Positions 51,433 to 64,000 of a stretch of 64,000 nucleotides of DNA are shown in pieces. The notes beneath the pieces are model-generated. The model made no database searches, was not told the DNA's origin, and worked only from the letters and a program-made list of their open reading frames with translations. Source of the stretch: Podarcis gaigeae (taxonomy: Eukaryota); NCBI GenBank assembly GCA_964106915.2, contig OZ066916.1. One strand, given 5' to 3'. The position numbers and the translations under genes are program-made. Each line of letters starts with the position of its first letter. The first letter of the stretch is position 1.

Positions 51433-54400
51433 AGTTGAACTTCTGATGTCATCAGCTGCCAGAAAACAAAGTGCATAGTTTCCCCTAAAACACGAACACA
51501 CACATCAACACACGTGTGTGTGCGCATACACACACAATGCCCTGGATATACAAATAAACATAGCATTGATCTAAACTGCTAGTTATAAAAATAGCATCTT
51601 CTGATCCTGCTTTATACTTTGTGGTGAGGGACAAAAGCCTTAAACATTGTCAAAACACAAAGTGCATTGATTTATATGGAAATGAGGAACAGGAGTCACC
51701 CTTTAAACAAAAAAAAAGGTAGTGTACAATGAAAATAATTGCTGATAATTATCTCTAATTGACACCAGTCTGAATAGTCTTCCCTGAAATTGCTGACAGT
51801 AAATGTGAATGAACATTTCTCCGCCGGGGTGGGGAGCACATGATAAATAATAAAAGTTAATTTAATATTCTCAATAAAATGCTCATGTGAATTCTGCAAT
51901 AACACTTGTGCGACAAGAAAAACATTTCACAGGGACAGAGAAACCCTGTAGCACTGGTACACCAGGCAGCCGCTTCTCCCAGCTTAACACCAATTTAAAA
52001 TAGCTACACAATCCTATGCTCAAACAGCAGCAGAGTTAAACACCGAACAAGAGCTGCAGAAACAGGTACTAATGCTGCAGCATACATAGATATGCCTACG
52101 GTGTGCCTGGAAACTCTGCTCTTACCAATAATGAATTTGCTGGCCAATGATTTTGCCACATTACCCATTACACCAACACCCAAATGTTGTCACTCAGCCC
52201 AGCACACAGCCCTTTCATACACAACTCTCAACCAAGCAGCCAGAGGGGTGAAGGAGATAGCAATACCTTCCTTTCTACAAGCTGCTGTGGTTCAGCAATG
52301 AAAAGTGAGATAGTCAGATTGGGTCAGACAGTCTGAATGAGACAATTTTCCAGCCTGGGCTTGCTGCAATAGACCCCGCCACCTCCCATACCTCTTATTC
52401 ACTGGGTTGATTGCCCATGTTATAAGGTTTTGCATTTGTTAGCCCAGTTTTGTACAGCTCTGTTGCAAATTTGTTCCAAATAACACATTTTGGACAACTT
52501 TGCATCTCACATACTCTGTAATTTTAACCTTGTAACAGCAAGGTTATTCCTTGTGGGTGGTTCAAATAAATTTTAAATGGTTTCTAGCTTGACAACATTT
52601 TCCCAACCCCATACTCCCGCACCATACACCACCAGTGGGATTACCCTTCCCTGTGTTTTTTTAAAATAATAATAATAAATCAATCAAATGTTAAAAGTGC
52701 TCAGCACAAAAGCCCCTGGACCTCTTTACCTGTAATTTGGCAGGTTTTACCTACTTTGGAGAGGCTACAATGGCTGCAAATTTCATTTACTTGTGTCAGA
52801 AGTTTGGTTTTATTTAATTATAGCAATTTCTTCATTTCTCAAATAGCAGACTCAGACAGACCCTGAGCAGAACCAGGCAGTGTATGGTGTACCTCAGACT
52901 GAGCTGGGCTGTTTTCCAAATGCCAAACTGGAGTGAAAACCAAAAAATTTGGTCAGTGCACACCCTGACTTGTAACTTGGACTCCTGCTTTTAGACTTGT
53001 GCTATAGATCATTCTGCTTTAGGACTTTCCCAATTTCTCACCAAAAAGACACAGCTTTGCAGTAGAAGGATGTTAATGCTATAGAGATATCAACCTTGAA
53101 AAGATTTTAAACTAGATGTTATATAAGGCTTTATTTTTTAACCTTACTATCTTAAGTCAGTCCTGAGTTTGGACCATTTCCAGCCAGTCATTTACAAGGA
53201 AAGTGATATTGAATGTGCATGATGGTAGTAAAGATTGAAAGGCCATTTGGAGTCACATTAACAATAAAGCTTCCATATGTGTGTAATGAATGACAGGTCA
53301 TAAATAATACTTGCGCCATTCTACTCTTGCACAGATTATGTGCACATTTCCATTCATTCCATGTCTGCCCTTTCTCTATTGCTGCTCCCTTATTTGGAGC
53401 TTCCTGAAATATGTGTTTCTCCCTCCCAGCAAATCCTTAAAGCATGTCTGAAAATGAATTTTCTCTCAAGCCTTTAATAAATGATCACTGCCTCTCATTT
53501 TCCTTCCCCTAATCATATTGTCTTGATGCAAATTCAGGCAGACTGTTCCCCAACCTTATTTTTGTAGTGTCTACTTCTTTAAGAGATTTGTGATTATTAA
53601 CATTACAACAACAAGGATTATTCTCAAAACCCACAAGAGTTAGCTGCCGTATTTAAGTACATTTTTGCAACTTCACAGTAAATCTCTCAAGCACCAGTAC
53701 ATCCCCTCCCCCTTCTGTGCTCTGTTTCAGATTTTCAAGTTCAAATTATAAAATGGCAACATTTCAGAGCATAAGCAATCTGGTGTTGATTCCATTGTAA
53801 GGGTAAAGAATGGGATACATTGGCTTCCTGTCAGGTGCATTTGTTTTGAAAGGATGCGAGTGTTTACAACATCTAGTCATGTTATTGGATTTTGTTGGCA
53901 TCTCTATGGTGACATAATTTAGGCACAACAGTCTACAATTCCATTGAAACGCAAAAGGAAATATGCCATTGGTGTTGCTGCACCAAAGGGGAATGTTTAG
54001 GAAGGGAAATAATCATCATCAAACTGCATTTGCACAAGGATTTAAAACCTGGTCTTTGCCAGAGTAATTTCCTCAGCAGTGTCCCTACGTGACAGCAATA
54101 ACTAAGCTGTGCTTTTTTTAAAAAAAAAACAACTGGTTCCATTCATGCTGCAGACAGCTTTTTTATTCATATATATGTGCAAAATCCTCAAAACCAAAAT
54201 GTCTAACTACTCTGTTCCTTTTGGGTTCCTCGCCTACAGAATTGTTAGATTGCAAGGTGGCAGGAATGGTCAAACAGGAACAAGGATGCCACCCAAGCTT
54301 TCACTGATATTTTACACCTCATCAGGCATACACAGTGGGTGGCCCACCAAGCTATATGCAGCCTACAAAGGCATGTATTGTTGCTTGCCGTGTGCTTGAC

Positions 54401-54691
54401 ACCCACACACATTTTGCATGCCCAGGCAAGCAGCAAAACTGGAATTCTACTGACCCCTCCTTATGTGACTGGTGGGCTGCGCTTGGTTTAGTGGATCACA
54501 AGCTGTGCACTAATGAAGGGGTAGCACTGCTCTTGAAGAAGAGTATGTTAGGGTTGCTCTATGCAACCTGAGAGCTCAGTCTTAGAACTAGAGGCCTTTG
54601 CTAGAGAAATTTTCCTGGAAGAACTGATGGCTATGCATGGCTGGCAGCCAAAACTATTAGAATACTGAAATCTGTTAAGCCGATGGACTTA

Positions 54692-54916
54692 CAGTGGTAC
54701 CCCAGCTTACGAACGCTTCAGGTTAGAGACTCCACTAACCCAGAAATATTACCTCGGGTTAAGAACTTTGCTTCAGGATGAGAACAGAAATCGCGTGTTG
54801 GCCGCACAGCAGCAGCGGGAGGCCCCATTAGCTAAAGTGGTACCTCAGGTTAAGAACAGTTTCAGGTTAAGAACGGACCTCCAGAATGAATTAAGTTCTT
54901 AACCTCGGGTACCACG
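54692..54916. mobile_element. Tigger-like MITE, second copy (opposite orientation to 43046-43287)
   Basis: TA-CAGTGGTACC ... GGTACCACG-TA; the interior is the reverse complement of 43046-43287. Confidence 0.8.
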
Positions 54917-57027
54917 TATTTCCTTCTGCCTCTCCCCTCTCGCTTTCCCATTCAGCCTGCACAAAGGAAGGAAAATGGTATTTTATTAGCACACCATTTG
55001 GGGATTAAGTGATGGAGTCAGTGGCAGCCTGGTTTGCTGATTCTTTGCTAAAGCAGGAATCTAGGCCTATTTATCCTCCACTGCTCTTGGCATCCCATGG
55101 GAGCTGCTGTCTAGTGAGCCTGCTGGCGTGGTTGCTGTGCACAGCCGTCAGGTTGTATGTCCCTTGGGCTTAAAGAAGCCCCTGAGGCAAGTAAAAACAA
55201 GCCCTGATTCAAGGAGTTGAAGAACCAGCCAAATAACGCACTTCAATGTTGTCTCACTAATTTCTTCTCATTATTTTATTTCATTCTATAATTTTAATCA
55301 TAAATGGATTTCAGGATGGTATGTTTAAAATTACAGGGGGGGGACCACTACAATATAAACTAACAGTACAATAAATTTAAGAGGAAGTAAACTACTTGAC
55401 AAATGAATAATATCACAATTTAAAATGTCTAGGCAAATAGAAATGTTTTAGTTTGGCATGGAAAATAATGTAGTGTTTGAGCCTGTCGTTCCTCTCATAG
55501 GAGACCAATCCACTGGCGGGGCACCATTACAGAAAAGGCCCTCTTTTTAAAACTCATGTGTGATGTCCTTCTCCTAGAGATAGGGAATTGCTTCCTCTGA
55601 TGATCTGAGTGTATGGAAGGTTGGTACGGGAAGAGGTGCTCTGAGGTATGTGGAGCCCATGAGGTACAGAATGGCATGACGAGTTCCTTACAAAAAGCCT
55701 TCTAGTGGCAAAATGATTCTACAGGATGATATTAGTTTGCCCTGCACTGAACTCAACACCACTAACCCCATGAGATTTCTGTATATTAAAGCAGAAATGG
55801 TGGTCTACGAAGCTAAGCCCTGCCCAGCCAGCCATCTATTAAAGCCTGCCAAATACTTGGCCATCCTTTCTTCTGTTTTGCGTTCCAAGGTAGGATGAAA
55901 AAGATCCCTGACTGGCCATCATGATTGATTGGCAGCATGCATTTGGCTTGGTGAGTTGTTTAAGTCCGCAATTAAAGCACAGCAGCAATATGTCATTGTT
56001 TAAAAGAAGTTAATCTTGACCGTGTATCCCTCTTAAGATTTCTTATTTCTTAGTTTTTAAATTGCGCATTGGCTTTATCTTGGATACAATTAAAAAAGGG
56101 TGCTTGAGTAGCATAGTTGTGCACTAGAAATGAAGTTCCTCTTCAAAAATTTAAAAAGTTTCAATAATATTACATTTGAGATAATGATGAAATTGATGCA
56201 TATACGAAGTCCAAGTGAGAAAAGAATAAACACATTTCAACTAAATCAAAATATATGTATTTGTATTGTAGTGGTGTCAAATTGTCACCTGTGTTCCAAT
56301 CCCCACTCAGTCATGAATTCCACTGCATGAATGTTAGCCAGTCACTGGCTCTAAACCTAACCTGCCACACAGGGCTGCTTTGAGTACAATATAAGAGAGG
56401 GAGAACCATGGGATACAAATATGATATTGAAATTAAATAGAGAAATATAACCTTTTAAAAAAAAGAATCACCCACTTATTTTTGTGACCATTTCTCCACC
56501 TTTGTTCCTTTCTTTTTGAGATAGGCTGCTTCCATCTATTATGAAATAACAGCCTCCTGTATAACAAGAGAGTAAGGAAGTGATCTGAAATGTTTTCACA
56601 GTGTTTTGTTTTCCATCTTTTGGTGGTGATAATGCTACCATGGGAAATGCTTGTTGTGGTTCTCCTGTGAAGATGCGCATATCATGATTACTTTCTTTCT
56701 CAAAGAAAGCTTAACCATTTGTGCTTTGCTTGAAAGGAACAGAAATGAATAGACTGCAAGATCGCAATATGTTATTCCTGATGAATTTAGCCATCCAGTT
56801 TTCTCTTCACAATAGCAAATGTGAATTCAGATCACTAGTCTTTATAGTATAGTAGGCTAAAAACTACCATTTCCTACTCTTTTCACCACTTTGTGTGGAA
56901 AAAAGAGTGGTAAACCACTCCCAAGGCTTCACTGTTATATAAGTAAGCGTTGTCAATAGTTTTATCAGGGAGAAAATGTGTTGCTCTTGAATGCCAATGC
57001 TCTATTCTTCTTTTGCTCTTTCCTAAT

Positions 57028-57093
57028 CTTCTTCTTCTTCTTCTTCTTCTTCTTCTTCTTCTTCTTCTTCTTCTTCTTCTTCTTCTTTCTTCC
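57028..57093. repeat. (TTC)n microsatellite (LINE tail)
   Basis: About 20 tandem TTC units. Confidence 0.95.
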
Positions 57094-58203
57094 TTCGGTG
57101 ATCACTTGTAGCCGAGTAAGATTGTCTTCCATGAACACAGTCTTAACAGTGAGCCCATAAGTGACTGTGGAGGCCAATTATGGATCCACACATCCTTCCA
57201 CAGTGGGGACAAAGGTTTCTGTGTGGGAGTTGATCAAGGTGGGGGTTGGCCAAATGTGCCTTTCTCTTAACACATTTCTCCCTTTCGTCCTGAGTTCAAG
57301 CTTCTTCAGAGTCTATGATACCTTTGGTAAAGGCTGTTCTCATATTGGAGCACTCACAGGCCAGTGTTTCCCAATCATTGGTGTTTATACTACATTTTTT
57401 TAGAGTTGCCTTCAGAGAGTCTTTTGCTGACAACCAGCATTACACTTTCCATTTTAAAGTTCAGAATATAGTAGTTGCTTTGAAAAACAATAACCAGGCA
57501 TCCAAACAACACGACCAGTCTAACAAAGCTGATGTTGAAGAATCATTACTTCAACACTGGTGATCTTTGTTTCTTCCAGTACACTGACATTACTTTGCCT
57601 GTCTTCCCAAGTGATGTGTAAACATTTTCGGAGACACTGTTGATGGAATTTTTCAAGGAGTTGGAGATGGCGTGGTCCATGTTTCACAAGCATACAGTAA
57701 GGTGTGTAGTATAGTACAATAGCTTTGTAAACAAGCATTTTGGTTTCCCTGTGAATGTCCCAGTCCTCAAACACTCTGCACTTCAATTGGGAGAAAGCTG
57801 CACTCGCAAAACTCAGGCGATGCTAGATTTTGGCATCAGTGTCGGCCCTTGTGGAAAGATAACTGCCCAGGTAGGAGAAGTGATCAACATTTTCCAACAT
57901 TACACTGTTAAATTGGATTTGTGGTGCTGCAGAGGGTTGTTTTGTGCTTGTTGGTGCAGCACTTTTGTTTTTTGGTTGTTGAATAGGCCAAGCTTTTTGT
58001 AAGCTTATGCAAAGATATTTTGGATGGTTTCGAGGTCATCCTCTGAGTATGCATACTGAAGCTCTATAACAGAAGTTATGGTAACCTTACTCTTTGCTTT
58101 CATCCTGCTCAGATTAAAGAGCTTTCTAACTGTTCGATATGATTTCTACTGTAGTGGGGAGTTTCCCTTTGACAAAGTGTGGGATCATAGCAATGAAAAT
58201 AAT
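57028..58203 (-). mobile_element. RTE-clade LINE 3' portion with (GAA)n tail, decayed
   Basis: ORF fragment RVFEDWDIHRETKMLVYKAIV...RHLQLLEKFHQQCLRKCLHITWEDRQSNVSVLE is typical RTE RT C-terminus. Upstream pieces read LFNLSRMKAKSKV..VIELQYA; the tail is the (TTC)n tract at 57028-57093. Confidence 0.85.
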
Positions 58204-58546
58204 AGAGTTTATTATAATTTTTTCCCCAAAGTAGAGGCTTATGTGTAACTGGTTATAGGAAGGGGCCAGTGCAATTTGATATGGGTAGAGTGCTCAGTAA
58301 GTCCCAAAAGCAAGTCTGTAGCATACGTGTTGCATTACAATCCCATTGGGGCAGTTGACGCCTTTGGGTGATAGTGTTCCTTGTGAATCTCAACCATGGG
58401 GTGAAAAGTCACCTCTCAGTGGGGAAAATGTCAGATCAATCCACCCTAACTGTGTGATGGTTCTGCAATGTGGCATTTCAGTAAATGTTTTACTTGAGAT
58501 TACAAAGATCAGGGATATTTCCCGAAGCACTTGTTTCAGGATGCTA

Positions 58547-58548
<2 letters not shown>

Positions 58549-58578
<30 letters not shown>
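58549..58578. repeat. (CA)n microsatellite
   Basis: About 15 tandem CA units. Confidence 0.9.
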
Positions 58579-58580
<2 letters not shown>

Positions 58581-60287
58581 ATCACCCAACTGGATTTGCC
58601 ACTGACTTGTATGAGGATGACAATTCTAGTGATTCAGCTAGATGTTTTCCATGTAATTCGTGTTCCCTAAGGCTAGATGGGTTATTTCAGTAAGCCTCTG
58701 CTACAATGACGCCGTGTTACTCTTTCTCCAGAAGCCTTATAGTGGCAACCAGGAAGGCATCATGTGTCACCATGGGGCCATTTACACTATTATTTGGTGC
58801 AGTAATTACTAGACTCTCTTCTGTTAGTTCTACTCTTTCTTTATGTTTTTGTTTTAAAGAAGGGAGAAATAACAGCTTGTCGCTTGGAGAGCAAATAGCA
58901 CTCTTTTAAAAGCTGTTACTAGGCAACCTTTCAGCTTGGGTGGGATACTGCATTTGAACTCATATCTGAGCAAAACCAAACCTCCAATTAATATCTGAGC
59001 TTTATAGATCTAACGGCATAACCCGATAAGGAACATGAGATTTTCAGTGCTGTATAGAATAATATGGGTTTGCATATAGCAAGAGAAATGGGTGCAGGCA
59101 AACCATATCACTACCCCCCTTCCCCTCAAAAAGCAACCTCTTTTCAAAATTAATTTGTTCTCTCTCATCACAAGTTTGAAGGTGAAGAAGAGGAAGGAGC
59201 TAATGAGTGCCTAAAGTAGAATGATTGCATAAGGTTCTCTGCAGTGAAACATGCTGGTTCAGTTGGATTATTGAACAGCTGAAGCGCTCTTGCAGTAGCA
59301 CCAATGGCATAAATGCTCGCAGGCTTCAGTTGCAAGGATGGTAAGTTGTAACTAACAAGCTGGAATGAGGGTGGAATGGAGGACCATCATAAGGCAGCCT
59401 TTTAACATTTAATAATTTAATGATTGTCAGGTTTCAGCCCTACTGAGTATTCAAACCCAAGTCTCTCAAATGACAGGCAAGGTGTGTTGGCCTCACCAGC
59501 ATATCTCTTCCACATTGCCAATAATACTGAGAAACCTTTAGATCTGAGCATTCATGCCCCAAGTTTGCCAGAGCAGCTGCCTGAGTTCCTGACTGGCTCT
59601 CAGGCAATCCCACCCCAATCTCCCCCAGGGCTGCAGGAGCAGAGGAGATATCAAGCCAAGGAAAACTTCAGAGCCTTCAGCAAACCCAGCTAGCTGCACA
59701 TGAGGCTACTTAGATGAAGAGAGAAGTGCATGGCAACACCTCTTTGGATCAAGGCCTGACTGAGAGCTTGGAAGGAATGGAACCTCCAGCTCCTATATCA
59801 GCTGTCAGTCTGAGCTGCCTCATTGCTGAAGCAACAGCTGTCAGCCAAGTGCCAGCCTTCCTGACCTGGGGAAATGGAAAATGATAGAGTATTGCATGTA
59901 AGTGCCTCTAATTACATAGATCAATGTGAATATGAGATTCTCTGTGGAATATTGAGACCTGCTGAGAATTCCAACACATTCTAGGATTCTGCATGGTCTC
60001 TGATCACTTCACAATGTCTTACCCAGATTTTTTTTTTAAGATAATAACTGTGACCACCTTGGATGACCTGGCAATGGGAGGAGTTTATCCCTGTAGGATC
60101 ACATTAGGAAGCAAAATACGAGTTTACCGGCTGGGAAAACACTGCACAAGAAATGCCGGCTGTCACTTTTAACATGCAATAGCTGTAGAGCCACAAAAAG
60201 TCTTGCCCAGCATGTGAACATGCTTCAAAAGTTCCCTACGCTCTTTTATAGCAGATGAGGCAGCCTCCTGGCTTAATAAAATATAAA

Positions 60288-60566
60288 AGGCTGGATGGCT
60301 TCCAATACGCACGCACGCACGCACGCACACACACACAATTAAAAAAACTTCCCTATACAGGGCAGTCTTCAAATATCTTCTAAAGGTTGTTTGGTTACTT
60401 ATTTCCTTGACTTGGGAGTTGCATAACTCCATACCCACCAACATTTCTCCAATGAAATAGGGACATCCTAAGAAAAAGCAGGACATTCTGGGATCAAATC
60501 AGAAACTGGGGTGGCTTCTTTAAATCTGGAATTGACCCTGGAAAATAGGGACACTTGGAGAGTCTG
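60288..60566. mobile_element. hAT-like MITE carrying an L2 3'-end fragment
   Basis: L2-like aaaaaacttccctatacagggcagtcttcaaatatcttctaaagg joined to catacccaccaacatttctcc...aaatagggacacttggagagtctg; homologous to 62761-63119. Confidence 0.6.
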
Positions 60567-62760
60567 AGAAGCACCAGTTCATTGGTCTGAGTTATAACAC
60601 CAATCAGCTGTAGCACCCAACCAGGGATGGAAGCCGTCACATGGCAGACTTCATAAACTGACAAATGACCAAGATCTCCCACATTCAAAGAGACCAGGCC
60701 TAAGGGAACAGGACTGATTCCCACTCTAGTAGGAATGGCAAGAGTGGTATCTCAAAGATGCATGAGGAAGTCCTGTACGAAGTTCCTTGAGAATCTGAAT
60801 GTAAAGGAAATATTTTCTGTACTCTCCATCTATTCTCCCTAACAAATGGAAGCCTTTTATAATTCATAGATTTCTTTCCAGTGTTGCTATAGTGTCAAAC
60901 TACAAAGCTGAGAAGCACCATTGCAATGCACATCTAGAAAGCACTGTACTGGGCTGGGGGAGTGTTTTGTCCAAATTTTATCAAATGATCCTCATACATA
61001 GCACCTTTTCAACCTAGGTGTGAAATAGGCATACAAAAGCAAAATAATTATGAACTTATGGGGTGTCAAATGAGAACTGTGGTGACTATGCCAAGCCATT
61101 CAAATGTGACATCCACTGTTCATTGGAAACCTTATCTAATGATAACAGGCTGTCTGGATCTTCAAGAATCAGGATAGGTTCACTGTTGGCTTACAGAGAA
61201 GGGCAAGACAGCAGGGAGATTGGTGCCACATCCCTCCCCATTGGCCACTCCTAGTTTTAGGGTGCACCTAGAATGGATGATCTCCTCTTTTTGAAAGTAT
61301 AAAATCCTTTTGTTATCCAGATCCATTTCCCTACTTGGGCCAAAAAACACAGATTTTTTGATGGGTAGAAAACAAGAATAAAAAGGAATCAGAGAGTTCT
61401 TATGTTAACAGAGTCAGAGATTAATTCTAGGTGCTGTGCTAGGCTTAAAAAAAAATCAATAGAATCTAAATTAGGTAGTTTTATCTAGTAGTTATTTTTC
61501 ATAGTTTGCTGTTGATGATGCCCAGGAGGCAACCAATTAACATCTCATAAAAGGACTTTCCGAACCCTTTCTTTTCATATATTCTACCTCTTGAAATAGG
61601 GACCTTTTTACCTATAAAAGTATTAAGTGCCAGCCTTTTGAGCTGATTGTTTACTGCTAAAAGTGCCAAATGTGAAAATGAAGACAATATAAAATGATTG
61701 ATAGCACTCTCCTTTATCAAACTGCAGGGGGGAAATGTAGGCAAGATTGGCCAGAGACAAAAAGATCTTGTTGGTTACATAAAGAGATCCATAATATCAA
61801 CTAAAATGGACATAACCTAGAGATGAAGGGAGATGGATGTGTATTCTATGCGCCATTTGCTCAAGCACCATATTGTGTCGTAATCAACACCAGGGACAGG
61901 GATTTCAAGAATATAGACGCAGCTGTGCAGCCAGCCTTGGGGGGCTCCTCAGCAAGATGCTGTCACCCAGTTCCTTCACCCATATCTTCTCATCAGTTCC
62001 TTACACCTGGTAAGGGGGGAGAGGATACAAATTCCTTCCCCTCCCCAAAAAAAGAAAATAAATGGAATTATTTTTAATTTCCTGCTACCTGGTTAGCCAT
62101 TAGGGGAGGGAATGGACAAATGGGTTCTTTGCTGAAGGGAAGAAAAAGTAAAGAAAAATGTCATCTCTCCCAGCTTACCAGGTGGCATGATTGAAGGAAG
62201 GGGTGTGCACCTGTTGCTTTCTTCAAAATGTTTTACAGAATATACCAAACAATGTCTGCAAAAAGTTTTAAAGAAAGGAATGTGGACCTGCTCTATCCTC
62301 TATCCTCTATCCTCTTCCCCCTCCTCCCCCTTACCAGCTGGCAGGGGTGGCAATCACAGCAATTACTTTCTTGCCCCCAGGGCCAGATCCAGGCATTTTG
62401 GTGCCTGAGGCAAACCACAAAATGGTGCCTCCTTCCCTGTCAGGGAATAAAGGGTGTGTGAAGATGTGCATTAGGAATGAGGGAGGAATAAATATATACG
62501 TAAGGATCTGCTGCCCCTGTGGATTCTGCTGTCTGAGGTGAATGCCTCACCTTGCCTCATGGGTGGACCAGCCCTGCCTGCGCCCCCCCAACAGACACAC
62601 TCCAGAGTTCAGTTCCTGACAGTCATGTCCTCCATCTTCATTTCCCAGAATTCCACATTTGTGTAGAGGCACAGTACTTAGTGTGACTACTTGGAGCTTT
62701 ACTCTGCAGCAATCTGATGTTCAAAAAAAAAAGAGGGAAAGATGTGGGTAACTGCAGTTA

Positions 62761-63119
62761 CAGACATTTATCTGAGGAAAATAGGGATGTCCTGTTCCAT
62801 TATAATAATAATAATGATAATTTGCCACAGCCAAGCTGGGAGACTTCCAACATATATAAAAAATAAGAAAACATTAAACATTTAAAAAACAACCTCTACA
62901 GGCCTGGGTTAAGTTGTTTTCTAAAGGTTGTGTAATTACTTGGCTCAGCGGTCACCTATCTCCCTACCCACCAACATTTCTCCGATAAAAATAAGGACAT
63001 CATACCATACCTTTCAACATTTCTGATGAAAATAGGGACATTCTGGGATAAATCAGAAACCGAGACGGCGTCCATAAAACCTGATTGTCCCTGGAAAATA
63101 GGGACACTTGAAGAGTTTG
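62761..63119. mobile_element. hAT-like MITE carrying an L2 3'-end fragment (second copy)
   Basis: Repeated aacatttc...gaaaatagggac motifs, an internal (aat)n plus L2-like tail, and end ...aaatagggacacttgaagagtttg; same junction as the copy at 60.3-60.6 kb. Confidence 0.6.
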
Positions 63120-64000
63120 CAGTTATTTGAGAGGTCCCTGAGCAGCAGGACCTGAGATCTGTGCTCCATTATCTAGCCGTAGTGACACAACAGCATTAAA
63201 GCAGGACAGTCGGTTGTCTGCCCAGCTGCCTTATGTTCACCTTATGTACAGGGAATGTACATTTGCCTAGAATTGCAACATGTTGGTGGTTTCTCTTTCT
63301 TTTAGGACACAAAGCATGGCCTGTGGTATATTCAGTAGCTGTATACATTGATTTTGTGTGGGGGAACAAAATAATGAGAAAAACTGGAGTAATTTGGGAG
63401 CTCCTTCTTCCTCAACTCTGCTCAATGCCTGAGTCAGACTGAGCTACAGAGACACAAAGCTACAGAGTGCTCTGTTTCTGTGGGGATGCAGCACTATGCT
63501 CCCCTATCAAATCTCTGTGTTTCTCTAGATCCATGGGCTTTGCAAGAAGTAAAGCTGTCAAAAATGTTCCCTGCATAGGACTGAAAAGCTCTGTGTCGTT
63601 GTTGTTGCTGTTTGTGAAAGCACAGCAGTGGATGTATTTTCTTAAAAGTCAGGAGTTTCATTTAAGTTTCTTTTAAAAAGCCTATGTTGCTCTGCTTCAA
63701 CAAAAACAAAAAAACAGAGCTTTTCAGAACTCTGCAGGTAGCGCTCTAGACAACCTCACTTTGTAAGTCCTGACAGGAGGCATTGCGAACACAGCCAGCA
63801 GAAAGAAGGACCTCTAGGAAGTGGCAAAGTTTTTATAGGGATTCAAGCAAGAATACCCGCCACTTTGCCACCTCTTAATTATTTTGATACCAGAAAAAGA
63901 CAAACCCCTGCTCCCTGCCCTAAGGGATGATGGAGGAAAGTGGCAAATATCTTTTTATAGTGTTTTCAAAGTAGAGGTTAGCCACAGCAGTAATTTGAAG

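Noticed and set aside
56965-57177. Poly-Lys / poly-Phe ORFs
   Set aside because: They are translations of the (TTC)n LINE tail.
57270-57315. Hammerhead-like CTGAAGA...GAAA on the minus strand
   Set aside because: Stem II is weak, there is no convincing stem I or III, and it lies within the coding end of the RTE LINE, so it is likely chance.

Overview
This is vertebrate (squamate reptile, probably lacertid lizard) genomic DNA, judged from Sauria-type SINEs with (ACCTTT)n tails and Bov-B, L2 and CR1 LINE relics. The only host coding sequence I can support is one 250-bp internal exon of the metabotropic glutamate receptor 1 gene (GRM1, + strand, 20858-21107). The rest is most likely its two very large flanking introns, densely filled with transposons: five Sauria SINEs (most with clear TSDs), other tRNA-derived SINEs, L2/CR1/RTE LINE fragments, and hAT and Tc1/mariner-type MITEs, several of them nested. 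The most notable structure is a 779-bp Penelope-like retroelement (573-1351). It has a 12-bp TSD, near-perfect ~330-bp inverted arms, the C-terminal end of a GIY-YIG endonuclease ORF, and one minimal hammerhead ribozyme motif on each strand. The presumed pre-mRNA also carries many long dsRNA-forming inverted repeats, including near-identical inverted SINE pairs beside and around the exon. I found no evidence of a wholly new gene system; most ORFs in the track are spurious or transposon-derived.
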